Source: Acidobacteriota bacterium
GTDB taxonomy: Bacteria > Acidobacteriota > Thermoanaerobaculia > Multivoradales > J023
NCBI GenBank assembly: GCA_029263355.1
Contig: JAJCXQ010000420.1
Span: 1,540 to 65,539 of the forward strand
Direction of reading: 5' to 3'
DNA: 64,000 bases
The position numbers and the translations under genes were made by a program. Of this stretch, positions 47,166-55,620 are shown piece after piece. Within the stretch, counting starts at the first letter, position 1; each line of letters opens with the position of its first letter. Below the pieces are notes generated by a model, which saw nothing but the letters and a program-made list of their open reading frames with translations, did not search any database and had not been told where the DNA came from.

Positions 47166-50100
47166 GAGATCACATCGCCGACTTCTACCCGCTCTCCCCG
47201 ATGCAGCAGGGGATGCTCTTCCATGCCCTGGAGAGCCCTGAGTCTACCGTCCACCACGAGTTCCTTCGCTGCGAGCTCGAGGGTAAACTCGCTGAAGACA
47301 CCCTCGAGTATGCCTTACAAGCGGTCGTGGACCGCCACGCTGTCTTGCGGAGCGCCTTTCTCTGGGAGGGACTGCGCGAGCCGGTGCAGGTCGTCCATCG
47401 TGATGTTCCGCTGCCTTTGCAGCGCCTCGATTTGAGCGGGATCACGGCAAGCGAACAGGAGCGACGTCTCACGGTCTTGGCGCAGGAGGAGCGCGAGAGC
47501 CACTTCGAGCTCTCCCAACCGCCGCTGCTGCGAATGACCCTGGTCAAGCTCGGTCTCCACCGCAGTCTCCTGCTGTGGAGCTTTCACCACATGCTGCTCG
47601 ATGGCTGGAGCACGGCCCAGGTGTTGCAGGAGTTCTTCGAGCTGTACGAGATAGGTTGCCGCAACACGGAGCCACAACTGCCCCCGGCGGTGCCCTACCG
47701 CAACTACATCGCCTGGCTCAAGCGGCAATCCATGACCCGCGCTGAGGCTTTCTGGCGGCAACGCCTCGCCGGGTTCTCCCGGCCGACCCCGCTCCCTTTG
47801 GCACTGCCACGGGCGCGGCGAGCCGAAGGGGTGGAAGAGTGCCGGCTGTCGATCGATTCCGCCACCAGTGACCAGCTCAAATCGTTAGCAAGTCGCCTGA
47901 AGCTGACACCCAACACCGTCGTCCAGGCGGCCTGGGCCCGGCTGCTGGCCCTCTACAGCGGCGAGCTCGATATTCTCTTCGGTGCCGTAGTTTCCGGCCG
48001 GCCGCCGGAGCTTTCCGGAATCGAATCGCTCGTCGGCCTGATGATCAACACCCTGCCGGTACGGATCGCGGTGCCGAAGCAGACGGCCATCGAGACCTGG
48101 ATGCGAGAGTTACAGACACTGCGGGCCGAGGAGAGCGAATTCGAGTTCACACCCCTCTATAGGATCCAGGAGTGGGCAGGCGTCGCCGGCTCACCACTGT
48201 TCGAGACCCTGCTCGGCTACCAGAATTATCCTTTTGACTCCGTTGCCGCTCAACCTAGCAGCGGCCTACGACTGGTCGCGGTGGACGCGATCGAGCAGAC
48301 CAACGTCCCCTTGACCCTGACCATCGGGCTCGGCCAAGAAATGGGCCTGCGCGCTCTACTCGACCCGCGTCGTTTCGACCTGCACGCCGTCGACCGGGTG
48401 TTGCGTTCGCTCGCGACCCTTTTGCGGAACATCGTCGCCAACCCCGACGCACCGGTCCAGAGCCTCGGTTTTTTGAGCGCTGAGGAGCGGCAGCAAGTGT
48501 TGACGGGGTGCAACCTCACCCCACAACCCTACCCGCGCCAAGCCGGCTTGGCGGAGCTGTTCGCCGATCAGGTAGCCCGGCATCCCGAGGCGGTGGCCTT
48601 GGAGTTCGGCGACGGCCTGCTGAGCTACGCCGAGCTCGACCGGCAAGCCCGGTGCCTGGCCACCAACCTTGGCGCCAGCGGCGTCAGCCACGGATCCCTC
48701 GTCGGCCTCTGTCTCGAGCGCTCCACCGCGCTAGCGGTCGGCATCCTCGGCATTCTCCAGGCTGGCGGCGCCTACGTCCCCCTCGACCCCGACCACCCTT
48801 CCGAGCGCCTCGACTTCATGGCCGAGGATGCCGGCTTGGCGGCGGTCGTCACCGAAGAGGCGCACGCCGCTGCCCTGCCACACTGGGGGCTCCCAACGCT
48901 AGTGCTCACCACTGGGACGAACGCAAATCTCGCCAAAGAGATCACCGCTACCCCAAATGTTGTCGTTAGCGGCGAGAGCCTGGCCTACGTCATCTATACC
49001 TCCGGCTCCACCGGCCGACCCAAGGGCGTGGCCGTTCCGCAGCGAGCCGTTGCCCGCCTCGCACTCGGCACCGACTACGTCGATCTCCGCCCCGGCAACC
49101 GCATGGCCCAGGCCTCTACCGCCTCGTTCGACGCCGCCACCTTCGAGATCTGGGGCGCCCTGCTCACCGGTGGCCGCCTCGTTGGTCTCGAGCGCGAGCT
49201 GACTTTGGCGCCAGCCGAGCTCGCTGCCGCCCTCGATCGCCACCGGATTGACACCCTGTTCCTCACTACTGCTCTGTTCAACCAGGTCGTTCGGCTCGAG
49301 CCGGCGGCCTTCGCACGGCTCCGCGAGCTACTGTTCGGAGGCGAGGCGGTCGATCCTGACATCGTTCGCCGCGTCCTGGCCGAGGGCTCGCCGCGTCGTC
49401 TGTTACATGTCTACGGACCCACCGAGTCAACCACCTTCGCGACCTGGCACGAGGTCGACTGCGGCGCCGACACGGACGCCACTATCCCCATTGGCCGGCC
49501 CTTGGCCAACACCACCGCCTATGTGCTCGACAGCAACAGCGAACCGGTTCCTGTCAATGTGCCGGGCGAGCTCTACCTGGGCGCCGACGGCCTGGCGCGA
49601 GGTTACCTCCACCGGCCCGCACTGACCGCGGAGTGCTTCGTCCCCCATCCCTTCGCCGATAGCGAGCGCCTCTACCGCACCGGTGACCGCGTGCACCGCG
49701 GTGCCGACGGCGCGATCGAGTTTCTGGGGCGCTTCGACCATCAGATCAAACTACGCGGCTTCCGTATCGAGCTCGGCGAGATCGAAGAGGCCCTGCGTGG
49801 GCACCCGGCTATCGGCGACGCCGTCGTTGTCCTCACTAACTCGTTACCGGTCGGCGAGCAGCTTGTGGCCTACGCCGTACCCACCTCACCGAATGCCCTG
49901 CCTATCGCCGAGTTGCGGAACTTTCTCGGCGAGCGCCTGCCGCACTACATGGTGCCCCAGCTTTTCGTAAGTCTTCCCGAGCTGCCTCTCAACGCCAACG
50001 GTAAACTCGATCGCGACGCCCTGCCGAAACCGATCCCCGCAGAAGTGTACGGATCGGTATCGACTTCCGAACTGCCCGCGACAGCGGTCGAAGCGACACT

Positions 50101-53100
50101 CGCCGAGATCTGGGCCGATGTGCTCGGCTGCTCACAAGTCGGTCGTAGCGAAGACTTTTTCGACCTTGGTGGGCACTCCCTGCTCGCCATCCAGCTCATT
50201 TCCCGCGCCCGGCGTGCCTTTGGCATCGATCTGCCCCTCTCAGCCTTGTTCGAAAACTCCACGGTCGAGCGATTGGCGACCGTCGTCCAGCGAGCGATCG
50301 CCACCGGCCCCGAGGCGCCGCCGATCGAACGGATCACCCGGGATGCTCCCCTTCCATTGTCGTTCGGACAACAGCGGCTGTGGTTTCTCCACCAGCTCTT
50401 GCCCATGACCGACCAGTACAACGTACCTGCGAACCTCCGCCTCACGGGTCGGCTGGTAGCTCCGGTTCTGTCCGCCTGCCTAGATGAAATCGTGCGTCGC
50501 CATGAGGTAATGCGCACTCGGTTTGTCGAAGCGGACGGTGTGCCGGTGCAGATCATCGACGAGCCGCGAGGTCTGCCGCTCCCGACCATCGACCTATCCG
50601 GCTTGCCGGAGGCGGAGCGCAGCTCGACCCTCGCACGGTTGCAGCGCAACGAATCGCTGCAAGCCTTCGACCTCGTGGCCGGGCCGGTAGTCCGCGCCCT
50701 ACTCGTTCGTTTGCAGAAGAAAGACCACGCGCTGCTGCTCAGCATGCACCACGCGGTCGCGGACCTGTGGTCGATGGCAGTGCTGATGGGAGAGCTGGCC
50801 AAACTATACACAGCTTTCGTCGCAGGACTCCCCTCACCCCTCGAGGAACTGCCGGTTCAATACGCCGACTACGCGGTTTGGCAGCGACGCCAGATGGAAG
50901 GGGAAGCCTGGCAAGAGCAGATCCGCTACTGGCGCAAGCGCCTAGAGAGAACACCGCCGGCACTGGAGCTGCCGGCCGACCGGCCGCGGCCCGCGGTACA
51001 GAGCTTCCGGGGAGCACTCGAGTCGATCCGCTGGCCTGGTGACCGGCGTGACGCCGCCCGCCGCCTGAGCCGCTCGCAGGACGCGACCCTCTACATGACC
51101 CTGCTGGCCTGTTTCCAGATCCTACTTGCACGTTACAGCGGAACGCGGGACGTCTGTGTCGGTTCGCCGATTCTCAATCGCACTCGACCTGAAATCGAGC
51201 CGCTGATCGGTTTCTTTGTCAACACCGTGGTGCTGCGTACCGACCTTTCCAACGCACCGCGGTTCCGGGAGGTGTTAGCGCAGGTCCGCCGTCTGGCGCT
51301 CGAAGCCTACGCCAACCCGGACGTCCCGTTCGAGCAGATCGTCGAGGAAATTCAGCCGGAGCGGACACTGACTTTTACGCCGCTCTTTCAGGTGATGTTC
51401 GTGCTCCACAACGCCGGTGCTGGGCGGATCACTCTGCCTGGGCTCGAAGCCACTCCTCTCCCCAACGCAACGGAAACCGCGAAGTTCGATCTGACGTTGA
51501 TCGTGCAAGAAGAGACGGAGGCCGGCTTTGTCGCAACCGTCGAGTACAACACGGATCTGTTCGACCGGACCACGATAGTGCGTATGTTGGGCCATCTGGA
51601 GAGGTTGCTGATGAGTGCAGCCGCCGAACCCAACAGGCGAGTGAGTGCCCTCCCTGCCCTAGCTCTGAGCGAGTGCCATCAACTCTTGACCGAATGGTCC
51701 GGGCCCGCCGCCGATGGGCTGTCGGCCGATCTCCACGCGGACGAGGTCGGCATAGACCGGCTCTTCGCTCACCAGGCGACAGTCAGCCCGGACCGCATCG
51801 CACTGGTGTCGGCCGGCGACGCCTGGACCTACGGCGATCTCGCCGCGCGTTCGCACGGCCTGGCTCAGCTCCTAGAGGAGCTGGCACGATCCACATCCAC
51901 CAACTCTCGTGAAGTGCTCGTCGGCATGATCGCCGAGCAGGGGCCCGACATCGTCGTCGGGATCCTCGGTATCCTTCGCTCGCCCTGCGCACTGGTGCCG
52001 GTCTCCCCCGCCTACCCCGAGGAGAGGATCCGGTTTATTGTCGACGAGTGCGGTATCGAAGTCCTCGTCACTCAGAGCCACCATCTCGAGAAGCTGCTCA
52101 ACCTGGCCAGCTCCACCCCGACGCTACGCCACGTGGTCTGCCTCGACGCCGAACCGGAGGCTTCGTTGGCGGCGGCGTCCCTCGCTGTCTACGGACCCGC
52201 TGCCTGGCGGTATCGTGACAGTGAGGGTGGTGCAGCTGGCGCGACGGCTAAGCGGCTGGCCTACGTGATCTACACCTCGGGCTCCCCCGGCCGCCCCAAG
52301 GGGGTACCCATCTCCCACGCCAACTTAATCCCGTTGCTGCTCTGGGGCCGCGACTGCTTCGGGATCGACGAGCACACCCGTGTGGCATCGAGCCTTTCCT
52401 GCTGGTTCGACTTCGGCCTCTTCGAAATCTTGAGCACCTTGCTCTTCGGCGGCCAGCTCCACCTGCTGCGATCGCAGGAATCCGGTGATCCCGCCCTCTA
52501 TGCTCCTTGGATCGCCGAGCGACGGCTGAATACGCTGCACGGCACACCATCGTTCGTGCGCGAGATCACTGCCGCGGCATCGCAGCCGCTGGCCGAGCTA
52601 GAGATCCTGCACATGGGCGGCGAGGCGCTGGCCCGCGCAGATGTCGACCGGTTATTCGAGGCGGTGGGAGAACGGTGCCTGCTCTACAACGGCTACGGGC
52701 CCACCGAGGCCAGCGTCAACAGCGCGATTTTCAACATCGGCAGCCTCGCCGAACGCCACGACAGCGCCGATGCCAACACGCCGATCGGCGGCGCCTCGAC
52801 CGGCAAACGCCTCTACGTTCTGGACCGATGGCAGAGCCCGACACCGGTCGGGGTGGCCGGCGAACTTCACATCGGTGGTGGCGGGCTGTCACGGGGGTAC
52901 TGGCGGCGACCAAGCCTGACCGCCGAACGATTCTGGCCCGATCCCAACGGTTCCGCCCCAGGCGCCCGCCTCTATCGCACTGGTGACCGGGTGCGCTGGC
53001 GTGCCAGCAGCAACATCGAGTTTCTGGGGCGCTTCGACCACCAGATCAAGCTGCGCGGGTTCCGCATCGAGCTGGGAGAGATTGAGGCAGCGCTGATCGA

Positions 53101-55084
53101 ACACCCCGAGATCAACGCGAGCACGGCCCTTCTGCGCGAGGACCGTCCAGGCGAGCGACGGCTCGTTGCCTATATCGTGGCGCAATTCGAGCCACCGCCA
53201 AGCACCGAAGAACTGCGCAGTTTTCTCGCCGAGATCCTGCCATGGTACATGGTGCCTTCAGTGTTCATGAACCTGGCGACGCTGCCGCTGACGCCCACTG
53301 GCAAAGTCGACCGCCGGGCTCTGCCGCCACCGGCGCAGGGGGAAGAAGAGAGCAAATCGTACGAGCCGCCGTCCACACCGACGGAAGAGACCGTGGCTGG
53401 CATCTGGTCGGAGGTTCTAGGCCGGGAGCAGGTCGGAAGGCAGGCGAATTTCTTCGATCTCGGCGGCCATTCTCTGCTGGCGACGCAGGTCATCTCGCGG
53501 GTGCGCCAAGCGTTCGACGTCAACTTACAACTGCGAGCCCTCTTCGAGGCCGTCGACCTCGCCCGCTTTGCTGAACGGATCGACCTGGCCCGCCTGGAGG
53601 AGGTACCGGAGGGTGGCGACGCCATGGTGTCTCCAGCGAGGTTCCAAGCCGAGGTCGAATCGGCCCAACGGCGGCTCGACAGTGATCCGAATATCGAGGA
53701 GATTCTTCCCCTCGCCCCCGGCCCGCGCGCGCTGGTCGCTCAAACCCTGGCCTCGGACCGGCCGAGCACTTGGATGATGCAGCTCACCTATGGATTGGCC
53801 GCTCCGCTGGAGGAACGACTTCTCGGAGCTGCCTGGGGAGCAATTCTCCAACGTTATGCCCTGCTCCGCTCAGTCGTCGCTTGGCGCGGGCTGGAGCAGC
53901 CCGTGCAGGTGATTCGCCGCGATCTCGAGATGCCGGTCCGCTGGCTCGACTGGACAGCTCTGAACGAAGCCGAGCAAAACGACGAGCTGCAACGACTTCT
54001 CCACCGCGATCGCGAAGCTGGCCTCGACTTTAGTGCCGGCCCTTTGCTGCGCCTGGTCGCGATTCGCCGGCGGCGAGATGCCCACGATCTGGTTTTGAGC
54101 TTTCACCACCTGCTCCTCGACGGCTGGAGCAACACGATGTTACTGCACGACCTGCTCGCCACCTATGAAGCGCTGCGCACCGGTCGTGGGCCGGCGACCC
54201 TACCGGCGATCGTGCCCTACCAGACCTACCTCGATTGGCTCGAGCGCAAAAACCTCGCTCCTGCGGAGGCCTACTGGCGGCAGACCCTTGGCGGCTTCAC
54301 CGCGCCGCCCCCACTGCCCATCGATCCGATGGTGACGCCGGGCGTTGAGGGCCAGGAAGAGATCCAGGTGTTCCTCGACAAGGCTCTGAGCCGCCGGCTG
54401 GAGATATTCGCACAGCGCCACCGCTTGACGATCAATACCCTCGCCCAGGGAGTCTGGAGCCTGGTCCTCTCTTCGCTGGCAGACTGCGAGGAGTTGGTCC
54501 TCGGGGTCGTGACGTGGGGACGCCCGCCAGATCTCGAACGTGCAGAGTCGATCTTCGGTTGTCTCATGACCACGCTTCCTTTCCGCACTCGATTCATACT
54601 CGACCAACAGATCGTTCCATGGCTCCAAGAGCTGCAGATCGATCTTGCGGCGCTGCGCGAGTACGAGCATTGCAGCGCCGAGCAAATCAAGCAATGGGCG
54701 GGGTGGCCAACAGATGCACCGCTCTACGATTTTCAGTTCGTTTGCAACAATTTTCCACCCCCGGAGGCGGATCCGACAAACCTCGGCTTCGAGATTACGT
54801 CGTCCGAGGTCTTCGAAGAGAATCGTTACCTGCTTGATCTCGAGGTCATCCCGGCAACGCGCTGGCGGCTGGCACTGCTGTTTCAGCGCAGTCACTTCAA
54901 CCGCCGCGCGGCCCGCAGCCTGCTCGGTCGTTACGAGGCCGTGCTCGAACAGCTGGTTGCCGACCCCGAGCTGCTCCTCGCGAGCCTCCGGTCCCCGATC
55001 CCGTCCCTCGACCAACCCGAGAAGATCGCGGCTACAACCGAGATGACCCGTTCCGGCACACCAGCCGTGGAGCTCGAGCGGTGA
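47162..55084 (+). CDS. non-ribosomal peptide synthetase 3: C(DCL)-A-T-C-A-T-C(terminal)
   Basis: The GTG start overlaps the NRPS2 stop (GTGA). DCL C domain (YPLSPMQQGMLFH, HHMLLDGWS ~47590). A3 cores near 49000 and 52275 (the latter reads YTSGSPGRPKG). Carrier serines near 50175 and 53470. LCL C domain with HHAVADLWS (~50750). Terminal C-like domain with HHLLLDGWS (~54105). No GxSxG thioesterase or reductase domain. Confidence 0.95.
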   Translation: MRDHIADFYPLSPMQQGMLFHALESPESTVHHEFLRCELEGKLAEDTLEYALQAVVDRHAVLRSAFLWEGLREPVQVVHRDVPLPLQRLDLSGITASEQERRLTVLAQEERESHFELSQPPLLRMTLVKLGLHRSLLLWSFHHMLLDGWSTAQVLQEFFELYEIGCRNTEPQLPPAVPYRNYIAWLKRQSMTRAEAFWRQRLAGFSRPTPLPLALPRARRAEGVEECRLSIDSATSDQLKSLASRLKLTPNTVVQAAWARLLALYSGELDILFGAVVSGRPPELSGIESLVGLMINTLPVRIAVPKQTAIETWMRELQTLRAEESEFEFTPLYRIQEWAGVAGSPLFETLLGYQNYPFDSVAAQPSSGLRLVAVDAIEQTNVPLTLTIGLGQEMGLRALLDPRRFDLHAVDRVLRSLATLLRNIVANPDAPVQSLGFLSAEERQQVLTGCNLTPQPYPRQAGLAELFADQVARHPEAVALEFGDGLLSYAELDRQARCLATNLGASGVSHGSLVGLCLERSTALAVGILGILQAGGAYVPLDPDHPSERLDFMAEDAGLAAVVTEEAHAAALPHWGLPTLVLTTGTNANLAKEITATPNVVVSGESLAYVIYTSGSTGRPKGVAVPQRAVARLALGTDYVDLRPGNRMAQASTASFDAATFEIWGALLTGGRLVGLERELTLAPAELAAALDRHRIDTLFLTTALFNQVVRLEPAAFARLRELLFGGEAVDPDIVRRVLAEGSPRRLLHVYGPTESTTFATWHEVDCGADTDATIPIGRPLANTTAYVLDSNSEPVPVNVPGELYLGADGLARGYLHRPALTAECFVPHPFADSERLYRTGDRVHRGADGAIEFLGRFDHQIKLRGFRIELGEIEEALRGHPAIGDAVVVLTNSLPVGEQLVAYAVPTSPNALPIAELRNFLGERLPHYMVPQLFVSLPELPLNANGKLDRDALPKPIPAEVYGSVSTSELPATAVEATLAEIWADVLGCSQVGRSEDFFDLGGHSLLAIQLISRARRAFGIDLPLSALFENSTVERLATVVQRAIATGPEAPPIERITRDAPLPLSFGQQRLWFLHQLLPMTDQYNVPANLRLTGRLVAPVLSACLDEIVRRHEVMRTRFVEADGVPVQIIDEPRGLPLPTIDLSGLPEAERSSTLARLQRNESLQAFDLVAGPVVRALLVRLQKKDHALLLSMHHAVADLWSMAVLMGELAKLYTAFVAGLPSPLEELPVQYADYAVWQRRQMEGEAWQEQIRYWRKRLERTPPALELPADRPRPAVQSFRGALESIRWPGDRRDAARRLSRSQDATLYMTLLACFQILLARYSGTRDVCVGSPILNRTRPEIEPLIGFFVNTVVLRTDLSNAPRFREVLAQVRRLALEAYANPDVPFEQIVEEIQPERTLTFTPLFQVMFVLHNAGAGRITLPGLEATPLPNATETAKFDLTLIVQEETEAGFVATVEYNTDLFDRTTIVRMLGHLERLLMSAAAEPNRRVSALPALALSECHQLLTEWSGPAADGLSADLHADEVGIDRLFAHQATVSPDRIALVSAGDAWTYGDLAARSHGLAQLLEELARSTSTNSREVLVGMIAEQGPDIVVGILGILRSPCALVPVSPAYPEERIRFIVDECGIEVLVTQSHHLEKLLNLASSTPTLRHVVCLDAEPEASLAAASLAVYGPAAWRYRDSEGGAAGATAKRLAYVIYTSGSPGRPKGVPISHANLIPLLLWGRDCFGIDEHTRVASSLSCWFDFGLFEILSTLLFGGQLHLLRSQESGDPALYAPWIAERRLNTLHGTPSFVREITAAASQPLAELEILHMGGEALARADVDRLFEAVGERCLLYNGYGPTEASVNSAIFNIGSLAERHDSADANTPIGGASTGKRLYVLDRWQSPTPVGVAGELHIGGGGLSRGYWRRPSLTAERFWPDPNGSAPGARLYRTGDRVRWRASSNIEFLGRFDHQIKLRGFRIELGEIEAALIEHPEINASTALLREDRPGERRLVAYIVAQFEPPPSTEELRSFLAEILPWYMVPSVFMNLATLPLTPTGKVDRRALPPPAQGEEESKSYEPPSTPTEETVAGIWSEVLGREQVGRQANFFDLGGHSLLATQVISRVRQAFDVNLQLRALFEAVDLARFAERIDLARLEEVPEGGDAMVSPARFQAEVESAQRRLDSDPNIEEILPLAPGPRALVAQTLASDRPSTWMMQLTYGLAAPLEERLLGAAWGAILQRYALLRSVVAWRGLEQPVQVIRRDLEMPVRWLDWTALNEAEQNDELQRLLHRDREAGLDFSAGPLLRLVAIRRRRDAHDLVLSFHHLLLDGWSNTMLLHDLLATYEALRTGRGPATLPAIVPYQTYLDWLERKNLAPAEAYWRQTLGGFTAPPPLPIDPMVTPGVEGQEEIQVFLDKALSRRLEIFAQRHRLTINTLAQGVWSLVLSSLADCEELVLGVVTWGRPPDLERAESIFGCLMTTLPFRTRFILDQQIVPWLQELQIDLAALREYEHCSAEQIKQWAGWPTDAPLYDFQFVCNNFPPPEADPTNLGFEITSSEVFEENRYLLDLEVIPATRWRLALLFQRSHFNRRAARSLLGRYEAVLEQLVADPELLLASLRSPIPSLDQPEKIAATTEMTRSGTPAVELER
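53698..55081 (+). other. terminal condensation-like domain (putative release/cyclisation or amine-capping catalyst)
   Basis: About 460 aa after the last carrier domain with an intact HHLLLDGWS. It is colinear with the DCL C domain at the start of the same protein (..VAWRGLEQPVQVIRRDLEMP.. versus ..FLWEGLREPVQVVHRDVPLP..), but the donor-side LSPMQ motif is degenerate (LAPGPRA). Confidence 0.75.
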
Positions 55085-55620
55085 GCGAACTCACCACAGC
55101 AGGGAGCTTCGAAGTCGACAGAGGCGACCTAGGGTGGGGCATTTTCGCCCGCCGGGAGTTCCACAGGGGCGATTACATCTTCACCTTCACCGGCCCCCTG
55201 ATCGACTTCGACGGCACCGTGGCCAAGGGCGAGCGCGAGAGCGACCCTCTGCAGATCGGCGAAAACCTCTACATCGACCTCGAGGAACCGGGCAGGTCCA
55301 TCAACCACTCCTGCGCCCCCAACAGCGGCGTCATCGAGAATCGAATTCTGATCGCGATCCGGAGTATTCAGCCGGGCGAGGAAATCAGCCTAGACTACTC
55401 CACGACCATGGGGGACGGTCACTGGACGATGATCTGTGCCTGCGGCAATGCTTCGTGCCGCGGAGTGATCCGCGACTTCGAGTATCTCGACCAAGAGTTG
55501 CGTCAGAGCTATCTCGAGCTGAACGTTGTACAGGGGTACTTGCGCCACCGCCTCGGCGAGCAGCTGCAGGCGGACCGTCACGGCAGAGGCGAGATGGCCT
55601 CGAAGGATTTTCGACGATGA
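55081..55620 (+). CDS. SET-domain (lysine) N-methyltransferase with post-SET Cys cluster
   Basis: The GTG start overlaps the NRPS3 stop (GTGA), with GGAG 10 nt upstream. SET motifs GWGIFARREF, SINHSCAPN, EEISLDY; post-SET CACGNASCRG. Confidence 0.85.
   Translation: MSELTTAGSFEVDRGDLGWGIFARREFHRGDYIFTFTGPLIDFDGTVAKGERESDPLQIGENLYIDLEEPGRSINHSCAPNSGVIENRILIAIRSIQPGEEISLDYSTTMGDGHWTMICACGNASCRGVIRDFEYLDQELRQSYLELNVVQGYLRHRLGEQLQADRHGRGEMASKDFRR

Noticed and set aside
18311-54690. Dozens of 60-290-aa ORFs on both strands inside the NRPS genes (e.g. 41820..42428, 45843..46538, 49945..50811, 54200..55015)
   Set aside because: These are shadow ORFs typical of GC-rich coding DNA. They are fully nested in genes with continuous NRPS domain homology, and their translations are Arg/Ala/Pro/Gly-rich without motifs.
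53480-55084. Thioesterase or reductase release domain at the end of NRPS3
   Set aside because: I looked for a GxSxG/alpha-beta-hydrolase or NAD(P)-binding GxxGxxG segment after the last carrier domain. Only a C-type domain with HHLLLDGWS is present.
55134-55616. Upstream 161 aa of the 431-aa ORF (55134..56429)
   Set aside because: It overlaps the well-supported SET gene in a different frame and is Arg/Pro-rich. The JmjC homology starts at the Met at 55617, which has an ATGA overlap and an AAGGA RBS.
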